Source: Nitrospirota bacterium
GTDB taxonomy: Bacteria > Nitrospirota > Nitrospiria > Nitrospirales > Nitrospiraceae
NCBI GenBank assembly: GCA_963701855.1
Contig: CAVPBK010000006.1
Coordinates: 832,001-896,000 of the forward strand
DNA: 64,000 bases
Direction of reading: 5' to 3'
Part shown: one piece after another, positions 20,401-29,665 of the stretch
Layout: each line of letters opens with the position of its first letter
Position numbering within the stretch: the first letter of the stretch is position 1
Program-made: the position numbers and the translations under genes
The notes under the pieces: model-generated
What the model was told of the DNA's origin: nothing
The model's database searches: none
Seen by the model: the letters and a program-made list of their open reading frames with translations, nothing else

Positions 20401-23400
20401 TACGCTGATCGGTGGCACCGGGAACGATCGGTATATTGTGAACTCCCTGACCGACGTGGTGAGCGAAGCGCTGAACGCGGGCACCGACACCGTGGTGGCC
20501 TCCCTCACCACCTACACCCTCACTGCGAATGTAGACAATCTGGAGCTGGCGGGGGCGGCGCTCATCGGCATCGGCAACACGCTCAACAACATCATAACCG
20601 GCAATGACGGCGACAATACGCTCTCCGGGCTCGCGGGCAACGACATCCTCATCGGCGGCGCGGGGCAGGACACGATCAACGGGGGTGTGGGCAACGACCG
20701 CATCGTCATGCTGGTGACCGCTGGGAATGTGGACATCGCGGACGGGGGCGCGGGCATCGATACGCTGGCGCTCGTCGGTGCGGTCGACGGGGACGGCGTG
20801 GTGGTGGATTTCTCCTCGGTGACGGACCAGGTGACCCGTATCGGCGCGGTCGAGCATGAGTCGCTGGTGCAGAAGAACTTTGAGAACCTGGATGCGTCGG
20901 GACTAGGACTGGGCAATACAGTAACTGTCACCGGCAGTGCCGGCGCCAACCTCCTCATCGGCTCGAATGGCGCCGACAGTATCAATGGTGGCGTTGGCAA
21001 CGACATCCTCACCGGCGGGGCCGGCAGCGATATGCTGAATGGCGGAGATGGCAACGATATTGTTATCTGGGATTCAGCTGACACCAGCGTGAGAGGAGGC
21101 GCAGGCACCGATACGCTGCGGATCGACGGCGCAGGTGTGCACGTTAACTTGACGGTAGTTCCGGACGGGGTCATCACGGACATCGAGGTGATCAACCTCA
21201 CCGGCAGCGGCAACAACATTCTCACGCTCGCTTCTGCCGATGTGCTGGCGATTTCTACCACGACCGACACCTTGCGGGTGGACGGCAACAGCGGGGACGT
21301 AGTGAGCGCAGTGCCGGGCTGGGTACGAACCCAAAACATTGTCATCGGCGCACAGACTTATGCCCAGTACACCAACGACGGTGCGCTGCTCCAGGTGGAT
21401 ACCGATATCAACAGTTCCGGAATCGGTGCGATCAGTCTATCGTCGCTTACTGGCGCCAATGGTTTCAAGCTCTTAGGCGCAGGTGCAGGTGACCATTCCG
21501 GCATTTCGGTGAGTTGCGCAGGCGATGTGAACGGCGACGGGTTTGCCGATCTGATCGTCGGGGCATCGGACGCAGCTCCGCACGGCCTCTCTTCCGGGGC
21601 AAGCTACGTGGTGTTTGGCAAAGCAAGCGGCTTTGCCGCGAATATCAATCTCTCGAGCCTCAACGGCACGGACGGTTTCATGTTGTCAGGGATAGCGGCG
21701 AACGACCAATCCGGCATTTCGGTGAGTAGCGCAGGCGATGTGAATGGCGATGGCTTTTCCGATCTGATAATCGGAGCGCCCGGCGCTACCATTGGACAGG
21801 GCGCGAGCTATGTCGTATTCGGCGAAGCGGGTGGCTTTGGCTCGACCATCGACCTGTCCTCTCTGGACGGAATCACCGGCTTCAAGTTGTCAGGGACAGC
21901 GGCGAACGAACAATCTGGCTTCTCGGTGAGCGGCGCAGGCGATGTGAATGGCGATGGATTCGACGACATTGTCATCGGATCGCCCAGCTTCAATAACGCG
22001 AGTTGGGTGGTCTTCGGCAAGGTGAGTGGCTTTCCCACAGCTATTGCCGTATCCGCTCTGAACGGGGTGGGTGGTTTTGGGCTTGGTGAAAACTTTGCGA
22101 CACAATTTGGCCACAGCGTGTCAAGCGCAGGTGACTTCAACGGCGACGGCCTTGACGATGTGATCATTGGTGCGCCCCTTGCTGACGTACCTGTCTTTTC
22201 GGGAGGCTTCCATCCCGACAACGGAGCCGGCTACTTGTGGTTCGGCAAGAGTGGCGGATTTACCATGAACAGTACGAGTCCGTTGAAAGGCACTCTGGAC
22301 AACGATCATCTCGGCTTTTCTGTCAGCGGCGTGGGCGATGTGAATGGTGACGGTTTTGACGACGTGATCCTCGGAGCCATCGGTGCCGATACCAATGGCC
22401 CCGATTCGGGAGCGAGCTACGTTGTCTTCGGTTTCCAGGGGTTAGTGACGCCCGATTTCGAACTCTCGTCACTGAATGGTACCAATGGTTTTAGGATCTT
22501 GGGTGCAGCGGGGGGTGACCAATCCGGTTTCTCAGTGAGCGGCGCTGGAGATGTGAACGGCGACGGGTTTGACGATCTGATCATTGGAGCGCCTGATGCC
22601 GACCCGCACGGCCTCTCTTCCGGGGCAATCTATGTGATATTTGGAAAGCCGGCCGGTTTTTCCGCCAATCTCGATCTTTCCACACTGTCTGACGCTGATG
22701 GATTCAAAATCTCAGGCGCAGCAGTGGGGGACAATTCCGGCTCTTCGGTGAGCAGCGCGGGGGATGTGAACGGCGACGGGTTTGACGATCTCATCGTCGG
22801 GGCACCCTCTGGCGACCCGAACGGCAGCGGTTCCGGGGCGAGCTATGTGGTATTCGGCGCGGACTTCCGCGGCGATATCAACATTGCCGGTACAGCTGGC
22901 GATGACATCCTGACAGGCACGGACGGAGCAGACATCGTATTCGGCGGGCTCGGCAATGACACATTGGACGGCGGCGCGGCCGCTGACTTTCTGAACGGCA
23001 ACGCGGGCGATGACATCTTGATATTTGATGGCCTGGATCGGCGCATTGACGGCGGCAGCGGGACAGACACTTTGTTGTTCAACGGCTCAGGACAAACACT
23101 CGATCTGACCAGTCTCGCTAACAGCAAGATTAACGGTATTGAAACAATCAACCTGACCGGCAGCGGTGATAACGCGTTGATCCTCACCGGCCAGGACTTG
23201 CACGATCTGTCGGACACCAGTAACGCGCTGCGTGTGGATGGTAATCCTGGTGACACCGTGAACGCGGGGTTCGGGTGGGGTTTTGGCAGCAATGTCACCA
23301 TCGGAAATCAGGCCTATGTCCAGTACACCCAGGGAAACGCCGTATTGCGAGTTGACAGCGATATTGCGCTTACGATTGGGAATGCTGTAATTCTCTCGGC

Positions 23401-25381
23401 TTTGAGCGGAACGGATGGTTTCAAGCTCAACGATGCTGTGCTAATCGATTCCTCTGGCCGTTCGGTGAGTGGCGCGGGCGATGTGAACGGTGACGGATTT
23501 GACGACCTTATTGTCGGGGTGAGCGTTGCGAGTCCGAATGGCGACTTGTCGGGACAGAGCTATGTAGTCTTTGGCAACGGCAGTAGCTTTGTGCCGCAAA
23601 TCAATCTCCCGAGCCTCGATGGTACCAACGGTTTTCAACTCTCCGGCGAAGCGGCTGATGACCGCTGTGGCGGCGACGTAAGCTCAGCGGGGGATATTAA
23701 CGGCGACGGCTTTGACGATCTCATCGTCGGGGCAAGTCTCGCCGATTCGAGTGGCAGCAATTCCGGGGCAAGCTACGTGGTGTTTGGCCACGCAGGCGGC
23801 TTTGCGGCGAACCTCGAGCTCTCGAGCCTCAACGGCACGAACGGTTTCAAGCTTTCCGGCGCGGCGGCGGGCGATCGCCTTGGCACAGTCAGCGAGGCGG
23901 GCGATGTCAACGGGGACGGGTTTGACGATCTTATCGTCGGGGCACCCTCTACCTCCCCGAACGGTAGCGCTTCGGGTGCAAGCTATGTGGTATTCGGCAA
24001 GAGCGGTGGCTTTGCATCGAATATCAATCTCTCGAGCCTCGATGGTACCAACGGCTTCAAGCTCTCCGGTATCGCGACGGAGGACATTTCCGGTGCTTCG
24101 GTGAGTGGCGCAGGCGATATGAACGGAGACGGATTCGGCGATATCATCATCGGCGCGCCTGGCGCGGATCTGAACAATCCCGGTCCGGGTTACTTTACCT
24201 TGAGCGGGCAGAGTTATGTGGTGTTCGGCAAAGCCGGAGGGTTTGATGCCAATGTTAACCTTTCTGACTTGAACGGCACCAACGGCTTCAAGTTGAACGG
24301 AGCAAACGGCGACGAATCCGGAAGCTCCGTGAGCGCAGCAGGGGATGTCAACGGCGACGGGTTTACCGATGTCATTATCGGCACAACCCCGGTCGGGACT
24401 AGTGTGGCGGCGAGCTACGTGGTGTTCGGCAAAGGCGCGGGCTTTGCGGAGGACATCGAACTCTCGCTCTTGGATGGTACTGACGGCTTCAAATTGATCG
24501 GTGGGAATGAACTTTCATCCCATTCGGTGAGCAGCGCTGGTGATGTGAACGGCGACGGGTTCGACGATCTCGTCGTTGGTGCATCTCGTGCCGACGCGAG
24601 CGGGATCGACTCCGGTCAGAGCTATGTGGTCTACGGCAAGAGCGGTGGGTTTGGTGCGACTCTCGTCCTGTCGCAGATAACCGAGTCAGATGGCTTTGTG
24701 ATCAACAATACGGCTTTCGGGATCGGCGATGGTTTTGAACTTAACTATTCCGGAAGTTCAGTGAGCGGCTCGGGGGACGTGAATGGTGATGGCTTTGACG
24801 ATCTCCTCGTCAGCGCGCAAGGCGCCAGCTTCGAAATGTTTGGGGGCAACTTTACCAGGTCGGTGGACTTCCTCGGTACGAGCGGCAACGATATCCTTAT
24901 CGGCAATGGTAGCGCCAACATCCTCATCGGCGGCCTGGGCAACGATACCCTTGACGGCGGCGCGGGCGATGACAGGCTAGCGGGCGGGCTCGGCAACGAC
25001 ACCTTCTTCTTCGGTCTCGGCGATGGACAAGATCTAGTGCGGGACAACAGCGGCTCTGCCGACAAGATATCGTTCGACGGGGGCATCAATCCGCTAAATC
25101 TCGTCATCAGTCGGCAAGCCAATGATCTGCGGATTGCAATTCATGGCACATCTGACCAGATCACCGTGCAGAACTGGTACACAAGTTCAGTTAACCGGAC
25201 GGAGACGATCCAAGCAGGCAATGGCGAAGTGTTGCTCAGCACGCAGGTGGATCAGCTCATTCAAGCGATGGCCCAATTCACGACAGATACCGGCCTGAGC
25301 TGGGAGGGTGCTATCGAGAGCGGTGGGACCCCACAACAACAAACGCAGTTCCAGGGCATCCTGGCCGCGAGCTGGCAGTAA
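17471..25381 (+). CDS. Giant RTX (hemolysin-type Ca-binding) protein with two 7-repeat FG-GAP/integrin-alpha-like propellers; probable T1SS-secreted adhesin
   Basis: Many GGxGxDxLx nonapeptides; 2x7 GD(V)NGDGFDD repeats; C-terminal ITVQNWY...VDQLIQAMAQF RTX tail; no signal peptide. Confidence 0.92.
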   Translation: MAQITGSSTIDWSGILLGQVNIETDIAKFATRVDQIVTELVNFQVTPVFVSSTTFVGDLSTGGRLTLTGSGFGDVLNSFDFKNPPDGTGEVIRFTGTLDGIGKDVLTSATIGSTGFSETIKGNITISPNWPFDSANYTGTLTSLVVKIGGATEILSGNFHLTGDLLSASLTGTVAGILVGSGANTIKMTGLSMSLDVLQAALGSPELDSVDDLFAFLNNHLPGNDTITYANNSSVGMTFYGGGGNDTMTISGPNADTLNGGVGNDTLNGGAGNDTLLGGDGNDVFLIRSATDHGVGEVIDGGAGSDVIRFTSTNGGQILTLATGVTTVESVVISTAAGVTTGTTALNVDASAVGNGLSLTGNAGANRLTGTSTNDTMNGGAGNDTLIGGAGEDTVTGGTGNDRIVMLVTGGNVDVADGVAGNDTLALVGAIDGDGVVVVDLSSLTDQVTHIGTVDPEKLVQKNFENLDASGLGSSVHATGSADANIIIGSDDTDSINGGAGNDTLNGGAGDDTLLGGDGNDVFLIGNAADHGGGEVIDGGTGADVIRFTSITDGDGLVLRAQITGVESVVIGNAAGLTTDTTRLDVNAISVGYGLSLTGNAGDNQLVGTDFNDVLNGGGGDDSLNGGLGTNTLIGGTGNDLLDGSGGTNTLIGGAGNDQYVIDSSTDVVIEALNAGTDLVISFIETCTLGLNVENLILVGNNTQNGTGNALNNIIYGNVSSNQLSGLAGNDTLTGDWGEDIVDGGAGNDRIVMLVTAGDVDTADGGTGTDTLVLGGAVGGNGIVVVNLVAGAGDQVTFSDDTLVQNNFENLDASYLSLGGSVTVTGSAGANSLIGSRGTDTINGGGGNDTLDGGAGDDTLNGGNGNDVILIGNAADHGGGEVINGGTGTDVIRFTSTTDGEGLVLRAQVTGVESVVIANAAGLTTGTTALNVDASALSSGLSLTGNAGDNVLTGTGGNNILNGGAGNDTLNGGGGINTLIGGTGNDRYIVNSLTDVVSEALNAGTDTVVASLTTYTLTANVDNLELAGAALIGIGNTLNNIITGNDGDNTLSGLAGNDILIGGAGQDTINGGVGNDRIVMLVTAGNVDIADGGAGIDTLALVGAVDGDGVVVDFSSVTDQVTRIGAVEHESLVQKNFENLDASGLGLGNTVTVTGSAGANLLIGSNGADSINGGVGNDILTGGAGSDMLNGGDGNDIVIWDSADTSVRGGAGTDTLRIDGAGVHVNLTVVPDGVITDIEVINLTGSGNNILTLASADVLAISTTTDTLRVDGNSGDVVSAVPGWVRTQNIVIGAQTYAQYTNDGALLQVDTDINSSGIGAISLSSLTGANGFKLLGAGAGDHSGISVSCAGDVNGDGFADLIVGASDAAPHGLSSGASYVVFGKASGFAANINLSSLNGTDGFMLSGIAANDQSGISVSSAGDVNGDGFSDLIIGAPGATIGQGASYVVFGEAGGFGSTIDLSSLDGITGFKLSGTAANEQSGFSVSGAGDVNGDGFDDIVIGSPSFNNASWVVFGKVSGFPTAIAVSALNGVGGFGLGENFATQFGHSVSSAGDFNGDGLDDVIIGAPLADVPVFSGGFHPDNGAGYLWFGKSGGFTMNSTSPLKGTLDNDHLGFSVSGVGDVNGDGFDDVILGAIGADTNGPDSGASYVVFGFQGLVTPDFELSSLNGTNGFRILGAAGGDQSGFSVSGAGDVNGDGFDDLIIGAPDADPHGLSSGAIYVIFGKPAGFSANLDLSTLSDADGFKISGAAVGDNSGSSVSSAGDVNGDGFDDLIVGAPSGDPNGSGSGASYVVFGADFRGDINIAGTAGDDILTGTDGADIVFGGLGNDTLDGGAAADFLNGNAGDDILIFDGLDRRIDGGSGTDTLLFNGSGQTLDLTSLANSKINGIETINLTGSGDNALILTGQDLHDLSDTSNALRVDGNPGDTVNAGFGWGFGSNVTIGNQAYVQYTQGNAVLRVDSDIALTIGNAVILSALSGTDGFKLNDAVLIDSSGRSVSGAGDVNGDGFDDLIVGVSVASPNGDLSGQSYVVFGNGSSFVPQINLPSLDGTNGFQLSGEAADDRCGGDVSSAGDINGDGFDDLIVGASLADSSGSNSGASYVVFGHAGGFAANLELSSLNGTNGFKLSGAAAGDRLGTVSEAGDVNGDGFDDLIVGAPSTSPNGSASGASYVVFGKSGGFASNINLSSLDGTNGFKLSGIATEDISGASVSGAGDMNGDGFGDIIIGAPGADLNNPGPGYFTLSGQSYVVFGKAGGFDANVNLSDLNGTNGFKLNGANGDESGSSVSAAGDVNGDGFTDVIIGTTPVGTSVAASYVVFGKGAGFAEDIELSLLDGTDGFKLIGGNELSSHSVSSAGDVNGDGFDDLVVGASRADASGIDSGQSYVVYGKSGGFGATLVLSQITESDGFVINNTAFGIGDGFELNYSGSSVSGSGDVNGDGFDDLLVSAQGASFEMFGGNFTRSVDFLGTSGNDILIGNGSANILIGGLGNDTLDGGAGDDRLAGGLGNDTFFFGLGDGQDLVRDNSGSADKISFDGGINPLNLVISRQANDLRIAIHGTSDQITVQNWYTSSVNRTETIQAGNGEVLLSTQVDQLIQAMAQFTTDTGLSWEGAIESGGTPQQQTQFQGILAASWQ

Positions 25382-25408
25382 CATCGGGCTTCGCGGAGAA
25401 GTCCGATG
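25382..25408. terminator. Hairpin between the convergent RTX and M23 genes
   Basis: CATCGGGCTTC-GCGGA-GAAGTCCGATG. Confidence 0.5.
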
Positions 25409-25480
25409 CGTATACAGAGGGACGCCCCTCTGGCTTGCTCATACATGAATCCCCCTCGTCACCACGGGCGGTGAGCGGTC

Positions 25481-26512
25481 TTATCGGATCGTCATCGTCT
25501 GCTGGACGGAACCTTGAAGAGCCTGTTCCTGACTCTCTCGCACCAGCGTGATCTCGCCCCGATAGGTACCTGGAGTCCACAGATCGGCGTTCCGACGTGC
25601 TCCCGCAAAGGCGAAATGCCGGGCCTGGGTCTTGGCGATGGCCGTCACGTGATCCAGCACCACGACCCCATCCGGTCCCGTGAGGTGGAAGCGCAGACGA
25701 TCACCCGCTTCCACGCCTAGGATATCCACCCAGAGCACCAAGGCCGCTGACGTCGCGCTGGGGGGCGGATCTTCGATCTTCCCCGCGCGAATGGCGTCGA
25801 TCTGTGGAGAGCTTCCGGCGACACCCGCATGATAGAGGGCGAAGGGTTCATACGAAACAGGCTGATCTGTGTGCCACATCGACGTGCCGCCGCGTCCGCA
25901 TCCGGCGATGCTGGATTGGCCCGTGAACGGATCGATCACCTGGCCCTGATGCCGCACCGTCACATGTACGTGGGGGAACTCGGTCTGGCCTGAAAGCCCG
26001 ACCAGCCCCAGCTCCTGACCGTGTGCCACACGCTCGCCTCTCTTCACACGCACCGTCCCACGGCGCACATGGCAATACTGCGTCTGCCAGCCCTGCTCAT
26101 GATCGAGCACCACGCCATTCCCGCATTCTCGGCCGGCAATCCGCTCGCGTGACAGCGCATCGGTCAGGGCCACATCAGCCATGCCGTCCCGTACGCTCCG
26201 GACCACACCCGGCGCACTAGCCCGCACAGGCACCCCTGCCGCCATCACCGACAGATCCCGAATGGCAAAGTCCGTCCCATCGTGTCCCTGATAGGTCCGA
26301 GCATGGCAACGGAAATCGTGCGCGGTTGTCGCGGGATCGACATCCACATAGTTCGCCACCCAGCAGGTCTCGCCCAGTCGGCACTCAAGCGGCAGCCCAA
26401 GTTCGAAAGGATCAAGAGACGGAAGACGGTGAGCGAGATCCGTGGCGCTCGCGAGCGAGACCACAAGCACAGACAGGATCACAAGCATGAGGCGCAAAAG
26501 GGGAAGAGCCAT
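25481..26512 (-). CDS. M23-family metallopeptidase, secreted
   Basis: Signal peptide, HDGTD, CGNGVVLDH..GWQTQYCH, FPHVH. Confidence 0.9.
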   Translation of the reverse strand: MALPLLRLMLVILSVLVVSLASATDLAHRLPSLDPFELGLPLECRLGETCWVANYVDVDPATTAHDFRCHARTYQGHDGTDFAIRDLSVMAAGVPVRASAPGVVRSVRDGMADVALTDALSRERIAGRECGNGVVLDHEQGWQTQYCHVRRGTVRVKRGERVAHGQELGLVGLSGQTEFPHVHVTVRHQGQVIDPFTGQSSIAGCGRGGTSMWHTDQPVSYEPFALYHAGVAGSSPQIDAIRAGKIEDPPPSATSAALVLWVDILGVEAGDRLRFHLTGPDGVVVLDHVTAIAKTQARHFAFAGARRNADLWTPGTYRGEITLVRESQEQALQGSVQQTMTIR

Positions 26513-26764
26513 AGCCGTGAGCGTCAGTATAGACGACAGAATCGACCCTGTCTCAAGATTCGTGCAAGGGCATTGCAGGCCAGTGGAATGATGGCCGGAG
26601 ACTCTGGCTGGACAGGCGACCGGATTTGGGCAGAACGGCGGCTAAGGTAGGCGGCGGTATAACAGAGCCATCACCGACCCCCAAGCCGCATCTCGCGCAA
26701 CACTCCCCGCAATAAACACGCGGAGCCCTGCGCCAGACATGCACGTCCAAGGACCATAAATCCC

Positions 26765-27035
26765 TCACGCAGCTATGATGCGTTGAACGGTGCAATTGCC
26801 TATGCCCAGTTTTCGCGCTATCGCTCGCATACCTCGACCTTGCTTCCGTAAGGCCACCACCTGAGCCTCCACAGCAGCACTTACGCGAGGCCTCCCCAAG
26901 ATCTTGCTCTCTGCCCTGGCGTGCTTCAGACCAACCTTGACGCGCTCCACAATCATGCTGCGCTCAAACTCTGCGAAGACCCCCGGCATTTGAAAGAGCA
27001 ACTTTCCCGCTGGGGTAGTGGTGTCGATGCCCCTT
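26765..27035 (-). pseudogene. C-terminal half of a serine resolvase/invertase
   Basis: GIDTTTPAGKLLFQM.GVFAEFERSMIVERV...GRPR plus HTH; the catalytic N-terminus is absent. Confidence 0.82.
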
Positions 27036-27039
27036 TGTA

Positions 27040-27270
27040 GCCTCTCCGAAGCCAGGAGCATGAGCAGTATCAGGAGCAGTAAAGCAGAAGCAGAAAAAGG
27101 AGAAGGGCCTGTGTCTCCGACGGTCGATGACGGGTTTGAGAAATTTTTGCGATGCTACCCTCGGAGGGACAAAAAACAGGAGGCATGGAAGGCCTGGAAC
27201 CAGCTCTATCCAAACGAGCTACTCGTCCAGACGATTCTTGAGGCCATCGAACGCCAGAATCTCCAACACG
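27040..27270 (+). pseudogene. Fragment of a phage/plasmid replication-protein-like gene
   Basis: FEKFLRCYPRRDKKQEAWKAWNQL resembles the F..FW..YP.K..K..A..AW motif of phage replisome organisers. Confidence 0.5.
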
Positions 27271-27277
27271 TACCGGC

Positions 27278-27631
27278 TCAAAGTCCTGCTATGTCTGTTT
27301 TTATTGGCCGCTTGCGTGGAAATTCCAACAAGGAGGCAAATTGGTCCGGAGAATTATCCGAGGGAAGATAACACAGCCGGATCATGTGTCTGAGACGGAT
27401 AACGTTGAGCTGACTATGACAGGTGTCGATAAGGTCATTTTCCCTGAAAATGAATATCGAATATTCGAACGCTACGGACATGACTTCATGTATTCAGACA
27501 ATGCAGAAAATGCTGCGTTGATTGGTATCGGAGGCTCCTCTAAAGCCTTTCTGGTTTGGAAAGTATATGCCGACGACATGCCGCCTCAGACTGGGAGTAT
27601 CGGGATCCCTGATATTCCAGATCTATCCTAG
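27278..27631 (+). pseudogene. Frameshifted lipoprotein remnant
   Basis: LLCLFLLAAC lipobox in the 27127 frame continues after a shift near 27388 into the 27341-27631 frame. Confidence 0.4.
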
Positions 27632-27711
27632 CTAAGTATCAATTCGCACCGAATAAAGAAACCCGTTAGGCACTATTTAGGCACTGGAGGTTTTCAGGCA
27701 TGCATAAGTGA

Positions 27712-27741
27712 TGGTGGTCCCAACGGGATTTGAACCCGTGT
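27712..27741 (-). repeat. att site: 30-bp duplicate of the tRNA-Glu 3' end
   Basis: TGGTGGTCCCAACGGGATTTGAACCCGTGT identical to 33235-33264. Confidence 0.95.
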
Positions 27742-27861
27742 CTTAACACGACTACGACTTCGCCCTTATTCTTCAGAGGCTTCGAACATTTTATTCAAGT
27801 CAGAAAGGGGTACGACTAAAACAAGAGAGTGTCAGGTCGCATCAAAGATCCCCACGTTGCC

Positions 27862-27945
27862 GCCTAACGTCGTGCGGTGCGGCCGGCCGCAACGGTTGAG
27901 ATGGTGCAACGCTGGCGGCCGGTCCGCACCAGCTACAGGTTAGGT
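27862..27945 (-). other. Integron attC site (cassette 3), 84 bp
   Basis: Minus strand ACCTAAC...GTTAGGC with internal palindrome GTGCGG-CCGGCCGC...GCGGCCGG-CCGCAC. Confidence 0.88.
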
Positions 27946-27950
27946 GCACG

Positions 27951-28451
27951 TCAGTGAAATTGCTGAACAAGCCACCACCCTGCGTGACAGTAGAAGTATG
28001 CGCCGGCCCCATCGTATTCACTTCGAAGAATTGGGCCACTGGTAAAGCTGCTCGCCGGGCCACGTTCGCGAACATTGTCGCGGTAGAAGAACTCACTTAG
28101 CTTCATTCGCTCATCGCGGATAACGGTTAGTCCTCCGGGGTAGTTTTGCCATGAGATTGTGCCCGGGCACTTGTTTGACTGTCCTACGATCACCAGAAGG
28201 TACTTCTCGGGTGCCTTTGGCCTCGTACACCAGAATACAGCACTCTCGTCTCGAGCGCCGGGTAGATAGTCAAGCACGTAAGGCGGGTCAAGCAAACCTG
28301 GACGTTTGAAGAAATCCGTGATTTCGCTGCACCCATGTGTGGTCGCAGCCTCGATCAGCGGTTCCGGTAAGGTCTGCCCATGCGCCACGGTAGCTCCACT
28401 GATCATCGCCAAACTAAGGAGGCCAGCGAGAAAACGTGGGCGCCAAGTCAT
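27951..28451 (-). CDS. Cassette 3 gene: secreted hypothetical protein
   Basis: Signal peptide ending AHG; ATG 13 nt after the GTT crossover; stop abuts attC. Confidence 0.8.
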   Translation of the reverse strand: MTWRPRFLAGLLSLAMISGATVAHGQTLPEPLIEAATTHGCSEITDFFKRPGLLDPPYVLDYLPGARDESAVFWCTRPKAPEKYLLVIVGQSNKCPGTISWQNYPGGLTVIRDERMKLSEFFYRDNVRERGPASSFTSGPILRSEYDGAGAYFYCHAGWWLVQQFH

Positions 28452-28457
28452 ACGTGC

Positions 28458-28527
28458 ACCTAACGTTTGAAATTACCGGCGCTGCGCGGCTTTATCGCGC
28501 AGCGTCCGGTGGAATGAGGGGTTGGCC
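28458..28527 (-). other. Integron attC site (cassette 2), 70 bp
   Basis: Minus strand GGCCAAC...GTTAGGT with palindrome CCGG-CGCTGCGCG...CGCGCAGCG-CCGG. Confidence 0.92.
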
Positions 28528-28547
28528 CTCGCGGCGTACGTAATAGC

Positions 28548-29072
28548 TCACTTCGTGACTTTCAGCCGGGCCACGATAGAAAGTGCTCGCCCAGACACTT
28601 TGTCTTTTACGTTCGCGGTAATCTTGTAGTCACCAACAGGATCAGATTTATCAAAACCTACGGTCAGGCTAGCCAGGCCCAGCTGCAAATGCCGTTGCTG
28701 CATAGGCTTTCCAGACCAGACTGGGCCACCGCCCGCCGGTGTTTTGCTCCCGTCTGGGCCTTCGAGAATGAACTCGGAAACTACGTCGCAGACGCCCCCG
28801 TCATTCGGCGAGCAACCATGAAAAATGAGAAGTGCAGAGACCGACCCGCCGAGACGCACGGTATTGGCAGCACTCAGTTTCGGTGGAGTCTCGGACGAGT
28901 TCCATGTCTGGCGAAACTGACCTTCGTCCGCAGTAAGAACTATGTGAGCACCGAAGTCTCCAGCACTGCGCATGCTCTCAGTATCGGGGAGCAGTTTTCC
29001 AGTTGGATCAATCCATGCGCTCTGAGCAACAAACGGAAGAAGTGCGACGAGCAACGTCAAACACTATTTCAT
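28548..29072 (-). CDS. Cassette 2 gene: secreted hypothetical protein with an in-frame TAG at codon 3 (possible pseudogene)
   Basis: GGAG RBS, then ATG AAA TAG TGT TTG...; the ORF track starts at TTG 29060. Confidence 0.7.
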
Positions 29073-29093
29073 AAGAGAAACTCCAATAGTGAG

Positions 29094-29159
29094 GGCCAAC
29101 GTAAAGTTGAGGGGCGAAGCCACGCAGTGGCGAAGTCCCTCTCGAACGACAGGTTAGAC
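29094..29159 (-). other. Integron attC site (cassette 1), 66 bp
   Basis: Minus strand GTCTAACCTGTCGTTCGAGAGGGAC...GCCCCTCAACTTTACGTTGGCC, a canonical R''-L''-L'-R' layout. Confidence 0.93.
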
Positions 29160-29166
29160 TTATAAC

Positions 29167-29493
29167 TCATAACTCATAACTGATACTAACCTGTTTATTA
29201 GTGATTGTGCTCGATACTACCCCTTGCGATGTAACGTAGAGTTTTTCGCTTTCTAGCTTGCGGCCATCTGCGAACGTTGCCACGATCCAAAGCTGTTTAT
29301 CTCCACCCGAAATATTGAGGCGAACGGATTTATTAGTTGGAATAGTGGCGGTATGTGATTCGCCCACATCAGTATGAGTTTCCACCGATACTGATTCAGA
29401 GCTGGTATTAGCGATTACCGCAACAGGTGACGAGCAAGCACACAGACAGAACGAAAGAGCGATAGCGAGTATGTGAGCAAGAATTCGTTTCAT
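29167..29493 (-). CDS. Cassette 1 gene: hypothetical lipoprotein
   Basis: MKRILAHILAIALSFCLCAC lipobox; AT-richer than its neighbours; ATG 9 nt after GTTAGCC. Confidence 0.82.
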   Translation of the reverse strand: MKRILAHILAIALSFCLCACSSPVAVIANTSSESVSVETHTDVGESHTATIPTNKSVRLNISGGDKQLWIVATFADGRKLESEKLYVTSQGVVSSTITNKQVSISYEL

Positions 29494-29495
29494 AT

Positions 29496-29665
29496 GGCTA
29501 ACTATGTATTATCTGGTTCTGCATAAGATCCCCGTCGTCGTGCGACGCTGGATAAGACCCGTACGATATTCGGGCAGAATCAGAGCATAAGTCCAAGATC
29601 GTTCTCAGGGATTTGTCTTTGCCTCCTTTGCCCATGGGGTCTTATGCGGTTCCGTATAAGACCCT
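29496..29665 (-). other. Putative attI site with upstream direct repeats and a palindrome
   Basis: Non-palindromic ATAATACATAG/TTAGCC core at the head of the array; four ATAAG(A/T)..CC motifs at 29523, 29552, 29587 and 29656; hairpin GGGTCTTATGCGG-TT-CCGTATAAGACCC. Confidence 0.6.

Noticed and set aside
17471..25381. Periodic DNA repeats as a CRISPR array or DGR template/variable repeats
   Set aside because: They are in-frame RTX and FG-GAP protein repeats with synonymous variation; no cas or reverse transcriptase genes
26552..26570. Sigma54 promoter upstream of the M23 gene (TTGCACGAATCTTGA on the minus strand)
   Set aside because: Both the invariant GG and GC are altered
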